A DNA stretch of 64,000 bases from Histomonas meleagridis 2922-C6/04-290x (taxonomy: Eukaryota; Protista; Parabasalia): contig JAANOX010000075.1 in the NCBI GenBank assembly GCA_020184695.1, positions 62,001 to 126,000 of the forward strand, given 5' to 3'. Position numbers and translations under genes: made by a program. Shown piece after piece: positions 53,381 to 64,000 of the stretch. The notes beneath the pieces were generated by a model. That model saw only the letters and a list, made by a program, of their open reading frames with translations. It had not been told where the DNA came from and made no database searches. Within the stretch, counting starts at the first letter, position 1. Each line of letters opens with the position of its first letter.

Positions 53381-56300
53381 ATGGAAGAGATTGCTCATAA
53401 TTTTTTACAAGCATTTGCAGTATTAAGATCTAATGATAGTGATGCAATTAACAACATTACTCCAATTATCGAAAATATGTGTTCAAATCTTTTTTCATTA
53501 GCTGCATTAACTGCAATAATTCAAACAAATCAAGAAGAATACTTTAGGTTTCAAGCAGTTCTTACATTAAAAATTACCATTCGTAAAACTTGGGCAGAAC
53601 GTGAAAATAAAGGAGAATTAATACAGCATTTTCTTCAATTAGTCGTTAGGGAACCGAATAGTTTAATTCGTTCAAATTTTATCCATGTAATTGCTTATGC
53701 TATTGATGAAGGAACATTACCAATAGCTGTTAATTTTGCAACTTTTGCACTTCAAACAGCAGATCAAGTCCAAATTCATTCTGCTATATTACTTTTAGGT
53801 GAACTTATTGGTATTATCAATCCTAGTGATCAACTTACAAGCTTTATCGACAATTTATGTATTTCATCCACCAGTTTTAATAATATTGAAATTTCTATAG
53901 ATGCGATTCAACTTGCTTTTGACTACCACAGGCCTCCCTATAATATATTAACAGAATCCATACAAAAAATTTGGAGTTTTTCAGTATCATTAATTCCACA
54001 ACTTATTAATGTTCCCGATAAATTTTGGGAATTATCATCAATTCTTGGCGATGCATATGAAAACGAATGTTCTTTTACTAATTCCGAAGAACTTTTTCCA
54101 GTGATCTTTCCATACTTATTAAATCTTAACAAAGATGTTTCCCCTGAAATCAAGACGGGCATTATCTATATCATTGATTCCATTTGTTATGTTGACAACA
54201 AATTTATCCTTAATGCGAATGTTTTACAACAATTATTCCAACAATATGTACAAATATCAATCAATGAATTTAATCCAGAAGATGAATTTAATCTTCAAGA
54301 CATTGATGTTTTTTCCAACATTTGTAAATCATTTTCATCATTTTTACCATTTATTGAATTAGTATTAAATGTAATTCAACAACTTGTTGTTAATGATGCC
54401 GGAAAATGTATTTCAGTCTTAATATTAAAACATTGTTATCGAAGAGGACGGAAATATTTAATTGATTATCTTGATGACATTGTTAATATATTATTAGTAT
54501 CATTAGAATCACCAATAGTTATTACCCGAAATGCGACATTAACATCAATTGAATCATTTATTATGGAATTCCAAATCGATGCACAATGTTATGTTAAATC
54601 ATTTGAAGATGTAATTATTAAATTACTTAAAGTTAGTCCATCATATGAATTATTAGAGAATTTAACAATGTTAATTAATTTCTCGATGGATTCGGATGAA
54701 ATTTATGATGAATTATTCCCAATATTATTAAATTTAATAACAAATTCTAATGCAGAAAGTTTAATACATATTTTCCCTACTTTTGCAGTATTAAATCGTT
54801 GGTCGAACATTGGTGTTAGAGAACAATTTAATGTTGTTTTAAATATATTACAAAGTGCTATAACAAATCCAAACTTAAGTTTCATTAAACATATGGCAAT
54901 TGAATGTTTATCTACATTAGCACAATGTAATCCAGATCAATTTGCATCAATATTACCACAATATGTACAATGTTTAATTGAAGGAATGATGTCTAATGAT
55001 GATACATTAATATGTTCATGTTTGAATTCATTTGGTACATTATTATTATTCGCTACTAAATATATGCAACCTTTTATCGAACAAATAATTCCAATAGTTA
55101 ATGAATTATGTAATAGAGATAAAACACTTGAAATCCAAATGTTAGCTGAAGAAAAAGATATTAAGAAAAATGGAGTTGATCAATATGATTTCGATACACA
55201 AGCATTAGAAACATTTCAATCTTCAGCTTCATTAGAAGTTGCAGGTGGAGCATTTTTAGTCTTTTCATCAATCATTGAACAATTTCCTCAATACTTAGCT
55301 AATTGTATTGAAGAATATTATAATAAATTTAGGATATTAACTGATTCAGTGATAACGCAATCGAATGAAAAGGCTTGTAAAGGTTTAATGTTTGTTTGTA
55401 ATGCAATTAAAACATTAGATTTCAAAGTGCCGGTAATAATTAATAACTTTGTTATTAGTTTATTAAAGATGATCGAAGGAACGAATTCTGATAATGTATT
55501 AGAATTAGCAATTACATCTTTAGCTAAGTTAATTATATCTGTTGATCTTCAAACTTTAGGTCAATCTTCAATTGAAATGATAATTAATTTATTAATTGCA
55601 ATATTACAATGTAATTTATTACCTTTATATGATGATGATGAAGAAGAAGAAAAGTTTTTATCTGATGAATTTTATGCGCCTGTAAATTATTTAATATTTT
55701 CATTAATCGAAATTTTAGATCAACAAACATTAACAGTAATATTTACAAATGTAATACCCGAAGTATTACGTTATGCTAAAAGTAATGATATTAATAATCA
55801 AACATTTTCATTAGAAATTCTTGAGAAATATTGTGAAAAAGCATTAAATATTACGCCGGACTTTTTACAAAGTATTTTACAATTATCATTAAATGTAATA
55901 CAAAATAATGAATCAATAGGTTTTTATTGTATTAAAAGATTTGTAACTATTTGTCCCGACTTAATTAAAGCTAATTTGGAACAAATATTACAAATTTCTT
56001 CTGCGAAATTGACTGAAAAGAAACGTAAAGTTTCAAGTAAGATTTTGGCTATGTGTGATAACTGTGTAACTGCAATCGGTGCAATAGCTATGAATATATT
56101 ACAAGATCAATTCCCTCTACAACAATATATGCATATACTATTGGAGAAAATGCCTGCGCAAGTGGACGAGGCTGAAAACCCAGACATGTTCGTCCTGTTT
56201 TTTTGGATATTGGAAAAAGGAATAAATGAAATAGTTCCAGACGCTATAGCTGTTCTCGCAAGACTGTTCGCAAGGTCACCTCAACAACTCGCTGAAACTT

Positions 56301-56446
56301 CTTTAAGTCCCGAAGTTTTACAGAATTTGAAAATTGTTCTGGTGAAATTGTTGAAGCAATGCCAAAATGGTGAAGAAATTTGTAGAAGAGCGCTCGGAAA
56401 TAATAAAACAAAAATGAGATTGTTACAGGAAATACTCTCGCAATGA
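53381..56446 (+). CDS. Importin-beta family karyopherin (importin-4/5-like)
   Basis: IBN_N-like N-terminus (EYFRFQAVLTLKITIRKTW), HEAT repeats, acidic loop, C-terminal CDNCVTAIG...MP..DEAEN. Confidence 0.8.
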   Translation: MEEIAHNFLQAFAVLRSNDSDAINNITPIIENMCSNLFSLAALTAIIQTNQEEYFRFQAVLTLKITIRKTWAERENKGELIQHFLQLVVREPNSLIRSNFIHVIAYAIDEGTLPIAVNFATFALQTADQVQIHSAILLLGELIGIINPSDQLTSFIDNLCISSTSFNNIEISIDAIQLAFDYHRPPYNILTESIQKIWSFSVSLIPQLINVPDKFWELSSILGDAYENECSFTNSEELFPVIFPYLLNLNKDVSPEIKTGIIYIIDSICYVDNKFILNANVLQQLFQQYVQISINEFNPEDEFNLQDIDVFSNICKSFSSFLPFIELVLNVIQQLVVNDAGKCISVLILKHCYRRGRKYLIDYLDDIVNILLVSLESPIVITRNATLTSIESFIMEFQIDAQCYVKSFEDVIIKLLKVSPSYELLENLTMLINFSMDSDEIYDELFPILLNLITNSNAESLIHIFPTFAVLNRWSNIGVREQFNVVLNILQSAITNPNLSFIKHMAIECLSTLAQCNPDQFASILPQYVQCLIEGMMSNDDTLICSCLNSFGTLLLFATKYMQPFIEQIIPIVNELCNRDKTLEIQMLAEEKDIKKNGVDQYDFDTQALETFQSSASLEVAGGAFLVFSSIIEQFPQYLANCIEEYYNKFRILTDSVITQSNEKACKGLMFVCNAIKTLDFKVPVIINNFVISLLKMIEGTNSDNVLELAITSLAKLIISVDLQTLGQSSIEMIINLLIAILQCNLLPLYDDDEEEEKFLSDEFYAPVNYLIFSLIEILDQQTLTVIFTNVIPEVLRYAKSNDINNQTFSLEILEKYCEKALNITPDFLQSILQLSLNVIQNNESIGFYCIKRFVTICPDLIKANLEQILQISSAKLTEKKRKVSSKILAMCDNCVTAIGAIAMNILQDQFPLQQYMHILLEKMPAQVDEAENPDMFVLFFWILEKGINEIVPDAIAVLARLFARSPQQLAETSLSPEVLQNLKIVLVKLLKQCQNGEEICRRALGNNKTKMRLLQEILSQ

Positions 56447-57226
56447 TTATATATATAAATAATAAAAAGAAATATATTATTTTCGCTTTGTTAATGCTGA
56501 AATTATATAGAAAATAATGTGTTATGATATCGAAATCATATTCTGTTAATTCCAAATAAAAAAAATGTCTTCTTTTTTAGGGAATTTCAGTACAATATTT
56601 GTAAAAGGCAATGCATTATATGATATATTGATTAAAAATTCTTGATTACTGCATTAGTATTTTTTAATTTGGTATGTTTTTTCTATTATGCATTTCAGAA
56701 ATTGTTTCTTATTTATGTTCACTAATGCATCTAAAGAAGCTTTGGAAGCAGCAAACCGAACTTATAAAATGTGTGATTACATTGTTGTCATGATAAATTT
56801 CTTCCTTTTACCATCATGTTTTGAACATTGCATCATTTATTGATGAAAAATATCCTCTTGAAGGCAAGAAAGCATCACTTATTGTTACATCTGATGGCTC
56901 ATTAGTTTCATTATATCACCAATTTATATGGTATATTGAAAATTTAAAAAAGATGTTATTTTATAAAGAGAACCAAGATATTTCAAATAGAATTTTATCA
57001 CCATTTCCAAGCATTACTACGATTTTAAATTATAATGAAAAATTTAATAAACCACAAAAATTAATTTCATTAATGTAAAGCGTAAATAAATCCCCTTACC
57101 TGAGGTTATATATGAAAAAGTTGAATGATGTGGAAGGTCAAATTCAGAAAGAAGTCCGATAATTCTATAGTCAAATTTGTGTGAAGGGTGCCCCTTTTCT
57201 ATTCAAAATGAAACGATATCGTTTTT

Positions 57227-59745
57227 ATGAGTTTTCAAAGTTTTTCAAACATGAATGAATTGGAACTTCTCCAAAGAATTCATCAAGTCATCACTAATTT
57301 AAGTAGAGAAAATTTTGCACAATCACTAAGTTCAATACTTGAAACAATTAAATCTCAATATTCATATTCTATTTCCTTAATTATCAGCCAAATTATATCT
57401 TCACCATTTACAATTCTGGAGAAAGATTTTAATTTGTATATTGATTTTATGAGAGAAATTGAAAAATTTGAAGAAATTAATAACATTACACCAACAATAT
57501 TCGAAATATTTAAAGATTTTACTCTAGATGGAGACATACATGACGCAAATTATTTTTTTGGAATCCTATATGAACAAGATTTAATTGATCTTCGCACTAT
57601 TCAAAGTTTAAAATGTCCATATTTTGCCCATTTTATATCAAAAGAATACCTTAAACCAAGTAATAACGTTCCTTTTACTAGTTATATCATTGACAATTAT
57701 GAAGAACTTTCAAAGAATGATTGGGAACTTCATAAAAAATATATTAAAGAAGGACATAATCAGGATGAACTTGCAAAGATAATTCGAAATGATGACATAG
57801 AAAAACTCCAAGAAATGGCTTCACATCCAAATTTTGATTTTGATCAATATATTGAACCATCACTTTATGAAAGATGTGATGTAATAAATAATGAAAACAC
57901 TACACTAATTGATTATGCAGCATTTTTCGGCGCGATTAATTGTTTTAAATATTTGTTAATGAATGGTGCAAATGTTGAAGATACAGGTGGATATGCAATT
58001 TCAGGTGGAAATTTTGAAATTGTTCATTTATGTGAACAGAATCATTCATCTTTTTATGGAGCGTTTGAATCAGCAATTGTATTTAATCGAAATGATATTT
58101 TTTATTATCTATATGAAAATTATTCTAAAGGGAATAAAATTTGTAGACTTAGTAGTCTCGAAGAATTAGGGGTGTATTGTGTTATGTATAACAATTTTGA
58201 AATTTTATCATTTCTAATTGAAAAAGGTATGAAAATTAATGAAAAAATTATTGCTCAAATATTAAAAACGGGAAACTTATTCCTCTTTAAATATTTATGT
58301 AATGAAAATCAATTTCCAAAAGATGTTTTAATTATGGCATCAGAATCAGGAAATGTTGAACTTGTTCAATATATATTACAAATAAAAAACATAGATATAA
58401 ATTATAAAAACATTTTTTTGTTTTATTTAAATTTTGTTTTAATATTTCGATGTTTCTCAATATTATTTGGAAATTATTTAAATTATTTTATACAGCACTT
58501 ATTTATGCATCTAAATTTGGTCATCCAGAATTAGTTAAGTTCCTTCTAAAACAAACTGGAATTGAAATAAATGCTAAAACTATTTCTATATTTAATTTGC
58601 AATTTTATGTAAAATAAATTTCATGTTTCAAAATAATATTTGAAATTTAAATGAACTATTTAATACAGCACTTGCACTTGCATCATATAATAATCATTGC
58701 GAAGTTACTAAATTACTTCTTGAGCAAAAAGGGATTGATGTTAATTGTAAAAATGATATTTCACTTAATATTATGAAATTTCATATTAATATATGGAATT
58801 TATTCAAGTTTTTTGATACGCCAATTAATTTAGCATGTAAAAGAGGTCATATTGATATAGTTAATTTACTTCTGATACAAAAAGGAGTTGATGTAAACCT
58901 GCAAAATATTCGTTTATTTGTATTAAAGTTTATTATTATAATTTTTTATTTGAAAATAATATTTGGAAATTATTTGATTTATTTAATACAGCACTTATAT
59001 GGGCATCATCTAATGGATATTCTGAAATTGTTCAATCTCTTCTTAAATGTGAAAAAATTAATGTTAACATTAAAAGTATTTATATATTTAATATAATATT
59101 TTCTTTACAAATTTTCTATTCATCGAAAATATTTGGGGATTATTACATTTATTATTTACTGCATTATTCGGAGCATCTCAATACGGTCATATAAAGATAG
59201 TGCAATCACTTCTTGAACATGAAGGAATTGATATTAATTCAAAAGATATTTAATTAATTCATTTAATTTTCATGAAATCAATTTGATGTTATTAAATAAT
59301 ATTTGGAAATTATTCAAATTATTTTATACAGCACTCATATTTGCTGCTCAGAAAGGTAACGTAGAAATAGCTCAATTGCTCCTTTCACAAAATGGAATTG
59401 ATATTAATGCTAAAGATATTTGTTTGTTTTATTTAAAATTTCTTTTGAATTTATAATGTCTCTCTATAATATTTGGAAATCTTTTAAATTATTTAACACA
59501 GCTCTTTCTTGGGCTGCTCAAAATGGTCACACTCAATTTGTTAAATTACTTCTTTCGCAAGAGGAAATAAAAACAAATATCAAAAATATTTATTTGCTGG
59601 TTTTAATATTTGTTTTAATATCAAAAAATTTCAAAATAATATTTGGAAATAATTTTTAATACTTCAAACAGCATTTTCACTTGCAACCGAAAATTCACAT
59701 GATGAAATTGCTAGACTGCTCGATGTAACATCTAATCTCTCTTAA
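57227..59745 (+). CDS. DUF3447-type ankyrin gene with 31 hairpin inserts; reconstructed ~663 aa
   Basis: 2519 nt minus 31x17 (527) = 1992 nt = 664 codons, no internal stop by manual translation. Hairpins NKDGY, NDEGD, NKFGN, SNSGF, DNDGY, DKNGN, NNKGQ. Confidence 0.85.
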
Positions 59746-60004
59746 TAAAACACAGAGATAACTTTTTTTTATAATTAATTCAATCATTATGATATTCAAA
59801 ATTTTGTAAAATTATCCAAAATTGCATCTCGATCACAACATCCAAAATAGTTTATCAAGTTTTGCATGCATTTTATTATAAATGTCTAACTATTTCATGA
59901 ATTTGAACAAAAGATTTTTCCAAACACCTCCTAAATAGTGATTCGTGGACTGTACATGAAATTTGAATATTATTGGAATTGGTCTGAGGTTGTGAATTGA
60001 TCCA

Positions 60005-60800
60005 TTATTTTAATGCAATCATAAGCGCTGTATTAAACAATTTAAATAATTTCCAAATATTGTTTTGTCTCACATCATTAAAATAAATTTTATCTTTCGC
60101 ATTAATATCAATTTCTTTTTGTTTTAAAACGTATTCAACAAGTTCAATATTTCCTGATCCAGATGAAAAAACCAAAATATCATGCGGAATTGAATGATTT
60201 TTAAGAAAATTTTCAACTAAAAAAATTTTTCCAATAATTACTGCTTCATTAACAACATCATCATTGATTTTCATTCCTTCTTTAAGTAAAAATGAAAATA
60301 TTTTAAATATTTTAAAAATATCATTTCGATGAAATTTAATTGCTATTTCATAAGCATCTTTAAAAGATGAATGATTTTGCTCACATATATGGATAATTTC
60401 TTCATTTCCACCTGCAACTGCATATTCACCTGTATTATTTACATTTGCATTATTCAAAAGTAAATATTTGAAACATTTAATTGATCCAAAGAATGCTGCA
60501 TAATCAATTAATGTAACATAATAATCATTAATAAATCAACATCTTTCATAAAGGATGATTCAATGGTTTGATTAAAATCAAAATCATTTTGTGATGATAT
60601 TTCTTGAAGTTGCTATTTCATTTGGATTATGAGCTTTCCTCATTAATTTATTATGTAATTCCCAATCGTTCTTTGAAAGTTCTTCATAATTTACAAAATC
60701 ATGTTCCCTTAAAATTCCTAATTTTTCTTTAGACATTTAATGTACAAAATAAACATCCTGGTTGTTTTTTACAATGTTTGGTTCAATAAAATCATGTTCC
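60005..60800 (-). pseudogene. 5'-truncated, decayed DUF3447-type ankyrin copy
   Basis: Family motifs (YEELSKNDWELH, AVAGGNEEIIHICEQ) with deletions and frameshifts. One linker has 17/14/17-nt inserts. Confidence 0.75.
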
Positions 60801-61073
60801 ATTTGGTTCAAAAGCCAAAAAAAAGAGTACAGAGCGTGATAAAGAAAGAAAGCAGAAACAAAGGTGTCAAAAGAGAGGATCTCTAGAATGACGCAGATTA
60901 AATAATTATTTTTTTAAAAAATAAATTCCTTTAATAATGAAAATTTATTTTCTCTATTGTACAGAGATTATTGAGATTATTATGAAAAATTTCGAAAACG
61001 ATTTTTTGACAAGATATTTTCATTTTTTTTCTAAGCCCGTATTTGACACGGTTATGAGGCAGTAAAACAACGA

Positions 61074-61712
61074 ATGGATGAAATAAAAAATGAGTTAATG
61101 AAAATACAGAGTCGTCCAGAAAACCAAAAATGCGCTGACTGTGGATGTAAAAATCCAGTATGGGCTAGTGTAACATATGGTATTTGGATATGCATTGAAT
61201 GTGCAGGAAAGCATCGTGCGTTGGGAATTCATAATTCTTTTGTTAGATCGCTGGCATTAGATAAATGGAATGAGTCACAACTAAAAATAATGAGAGTTGG
61301 TGGAAATCGTAGAGCAAAAGAATACTTTAAATCTATTGGAATAGAAAACCTCCCAATTGCATCCAAGTACTGTTCAAGGGGAGCACACCAATATGCAAAA
61401 AAGCTTAGCAATGAAGCTGGTGAAGCTTTTACAAAGCCCGAACCAATTGAACCAGAAATTCCACAAAGTCAGCCACAACCAAAGATAACAAAATCAGAGT
61501 CTGCGCCAATGCCACTTAAAAAGATTGTTTCCAAAGAAACTAAACAAATTCAACAAAGTCAAGATGATCTTCCTTTAATGCTACAACCAACAGTGCAAAA
61601 AGGAAACATAAGACAACGCAAGCCAGGAAGCAAAGGACCAAATAGGGTTTCAATCATTAAGCTATCACCAGATAAATCTTTTGATGATCTTCTTGATGAA
61701 GAAACGTCCTAA
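61074..61712 (+). CDS. ArfGAP (Gcs1/ArfGAP1-like zinc finger)
   Basis: [50 protein letters not shown]. Confidence 0.95.
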   Translation: MDEIKNELMKIQSRPENQKCADCGCKNPVWASVTYGIWICIECAGKHRALGIHNSFVRSLALDKWNESQLKIMRVGGNRRAKEYFKSIGIENLPIASKYCSRGAHQYAKKLSNEAGEAFTKPEPIEPEIPQSQPQPKITKSESAPMPLKKIVSKETKQIQQSQDDLPLMLQPTVQKGNIRQRKPGSKGPNRVSIIKLSPDKSFDDLLDEETS

Positions 61713-62052
61713 AGAACTTAAGCCTCCAAGCAGTGCAATTTCATTTGCGTACTATGGTCTCGTTATCAAATGAAATTCCGGTAATTTAGAATAAATATTT
61801 CTTTTAATATGTTTTGTTATATAACAAGAAATTTTAACAATGCTTTATACGTGCCCTTGGAAAAAAAATTATAATGTTCATATCTCATTGAAATTTGAAA
61901 TGATTAATCATTAAAATAATTTTGAATACCCTTCAACCCATTCTAAAATATTCTAGAAACATTTCTAAATGGTGCTTATATCCATAAAGTTAAAATATTT
62001 CTTCTTCAATAAAACTTTAATTTGTTAAGTGTTTATCTGAAAAGTGCTAAAA

Positions 62053-62535
62053 ATGTCGAACGAAGTGAGAAATACAAGCGCTTTTCCTCCGCCACCAGAT
62101 GAATATAAGGCTTTTACTTCAGAAGAAAAGATTGAGTCTATTCAGCCGCCATTCCCTCCATCAGGACCAATAAAGGTTTTTGGCCAAAATCAAACAGAAG
62201 AACAAGTTCAAACATTGGAAGAACAAGGAATTCCAGTTCTTTACGACGAAAGTCAACCATCTCTACTTGAACTTAAAAAACTTAATCATAAAATCCTATT
62301 TGCATTTCAAAAATTAGTCGGAATTATAGCCGAAGGTAATGAATCAACTGACGAATGCCTTGAACATATAAAACATTTATTCCTAAATGCACATTATATT
62401 TTACACAAATTAAGATCTATTCAGGCATACGAACATATGCACTATTGTCTACAAGAACAGACAAGGCAGCTCGATGCGTTCAAGCAAGATTTTGATGCAA
62501 AACTTGAAGAAATTTCACACTTAACCCCACCATAG
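62053..62535 (+). CDS. MED7: Mediator subunit 7
   Basis: SAFPPPPDEYKAFT, PPFPPSGPIKVFG, ELKKLNHKILFAFQKLV, IKHLFLNAHYILHKLRSIQA. Confidence 0.85.
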   Translation: MSNEVRNTSAFPPPPDEYKAFTSEEKIESIQPPFPPSGPIKVFGQNQTEEQVQTLEEQGIPVLYDESQPSLLELKKLNHKILFAFQKLVGIIAEGNESTDECLEHIKHLFLNAHYILHKLRSIQAYEHMHYCLQEQTRQLDAFKQDFDAKLEEISHLTPP

Positions 62536-62849
62536 ATATCAAAAATTAAATTTGGCTTAATGTTAATATCCACTTCTAATAAATAAACAGACATCCCCAA
62601 TATTACTATTTTGCTTGAATTATGTCTTTTTTAATTTGTTTTAAATAATTTCCTTTCAATTTTTTATTGTCATTATCAAAGCGGATAATAATTGGGTAGA
62701 TAAAGGCTAGCTGTTGCCATGGTATGGATGCTGCTAATGACATTTTTCCAGTATTTCAGAAAGAAAAATCATTTTGGGGCATCCCGCATAACCGTTCTTG
62801 ATGGAAGTCTCTTTTATTTGAAGCCCTTGCGTGAAATCGTTTTTTTATT

Positions 62850-64000
62850 ATGTCAGTTATAGGTATTGATTTAGGTACAACATACAGTTGTGTTGGTGTT
62901 TTCAGATACAATCGTGTTGATATTATAGCGAATGATATGGGTAATCGTACAACACCATCTTATGTTGCATTTACAGAAGAAGTAAGACTTGTTGGTGATG
63001 CCGCAAAGAACCAAGCAGCCATGAATCCAACAAATACAGTATTTGATGCCAAGCGTATGATAGGACGTAAATTTAGTGATCCAGTTGTTCAAAAAGATAT
63101 GCAACATTGGCCATTCAAAGTCGTTCGTGGTGAAGTAGATCGTCCAAGAATTCAAGTTCAATGGAAAGGTGAAACGAAACAATTCTATCCGGAAGAAATC
63201 TCAGCTATGGTGTTAGGTAAAATGAAAGAAATTGCAGAAAGTCAACTTACAGACAAAGTCAAAGATGCGGTTATTACAGTTCCCGCATATTTCAATGATG
63301 CCCAACGTCAAGCCACAAAAGATGCATGTGTCATTGCAGGATTAAATGTTCTTCGTATTGTTGATGAGCCAATAGCGGCTGCAATTGCATTTGGCTTTAA
63401 TGAGATATACGGTTCAAAGCGTCATGTTTTAGTCTTCGATCTTGGCGGCGGTACATTTGATGTTTCATTACTTGACATCGATGGCGACATGTTCGAAGTT
63501 CGTGCCACAGCAGGCGATACACATCTTGGCGGCGAAGACTTCGATAATCGTATGGTTAATTACTTTGCAGATCGATTCCAAAAGAAGTTCAAATGCGACT
63601 TACGACAATCGCCACGTGCATTACGTACATTACGAGCAGCATGCGAACGATCTAAGCGAACATTATCCACAGCCACATCCGCATCCATTGTTTGTGACTC
63701 ATTATATGAAGGCCACGACTTTGTGGATAACATTTCACGTGCAATGTTCGAGAACTTAAATGATGAATTGTTCAGATCGACGATGACACCAGTTGCACAA
63801 GTATTAAGGGATGCGAACATGTCGAAGTCAGACGTCACAGATATAGTTTTAGTTGGAGGTTCATCACGTATTCCACGTGTTCAACAATTGTTACAAGACT
63901 TCTTCAATGGCAAGCAGCCATGCCGTGGCGTTGATCTGGATGAAGCAGTTGCATATGGTGCAGCATTACAAGCAGCAATTATCAAAGGCAATATCTTCAA
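62850..64000 (+). CDS. HSP70: Cytosolic-type Hsp70, partial (runs off the right edge; absent from the ORF track)
   Basis: [89 protein letters not shown]. Confidence 0.98.
   Translation, partial: MSVIGIDLGTTYSCVGVFRYNRVDIIANDMGNRTTPSYVAFTEEVRLVGDAAKNQAAMNPTNTVFDAKRMIGRKFSDPVVQKDMQHWPFKVVRGEVDRPRIQVQWKGETKQFYPEEISAMVLGKMKEIAESQLTDKVKDAVITVPAYFNDAQRQATKDACVIAGLNVLRIVDEPIAAAIAFGFNEIYGSKRHVLVFDLGGGTFDVSLLDIDGDMFEVRATAGDTHLGGEDFDNRMVNYFADRFQKKFKCDLRQSPRALRTLRAACERSKRTLSTATSASIVCDSLYEGHDFVDNISRAMFENLNDELFRSTMTPVAQVLRDANMSKSDVTDIVLVGGSSRIPRVQQLLQDFFNGKQPCRGVDLDEAVAYGAALQAAIIKGNIF

Noticed and set aside
56565-57078. Possible gene with a 27-nt GTATGT...CAG intron
   Set aside because: No branch-point motif, and no coherent ORF was recovered by hand.

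Overview
AT-rich, gene-dense eukaryotic DNA, most likely from a parabasalid (Tritrichomonas/Trichomonas-like). The assignment rests on DUF3447-type ankyrin paralogs, a BspA-like LRR gene, Rab expansion, M3/M5 promoter motifs before ribosomal protein genes, and intronless housekeeping genes. Ordinary genes: RPS4, RPL11, MED7, sedlin/TRAPPC2, ArfGAP, two Hsp70-family genes, glucosidase II beta, importin-beta-like, HEAT, EF-hand, multi-RRM, H1-like, SHIPPO-repeat, Sel1-repeat, Rabs, and a bacterial-type GH36 alpha-galactosidase. Main result: the apparently broken ankyrin arrays are not random decay. In each repeat the five codons of the D-x-x-G-x beta-hairpin are individually separated by 17-nt AT-rich inserts (R-TT...TTT, no GT-AG), giving single-codon micro-exons on a 20-nt lattice. 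More than 150 such inserts occur across five loci, counted by hand. Removing them restores textbook ankyrin repeats and complete stop-free ORFs, including a 1,099-aa protein ending in a UBR-type zinc finger. Some repeats lack exactly 1, 2, 3 or all 4 units. This implies an unknown removal mechanism (non-canonical splicing, DNA excision or recoding). Two virus-like insertions are also present: a CRESS-DNA-virus-like capsid cassette at 17.1-18.9 kb and a decayed fiber-like gene fragment at 6.8-9.6 kb. Several homopolymer frameshifts look like assembly errors. All family assignments are from motif recognition; no database searches were run.
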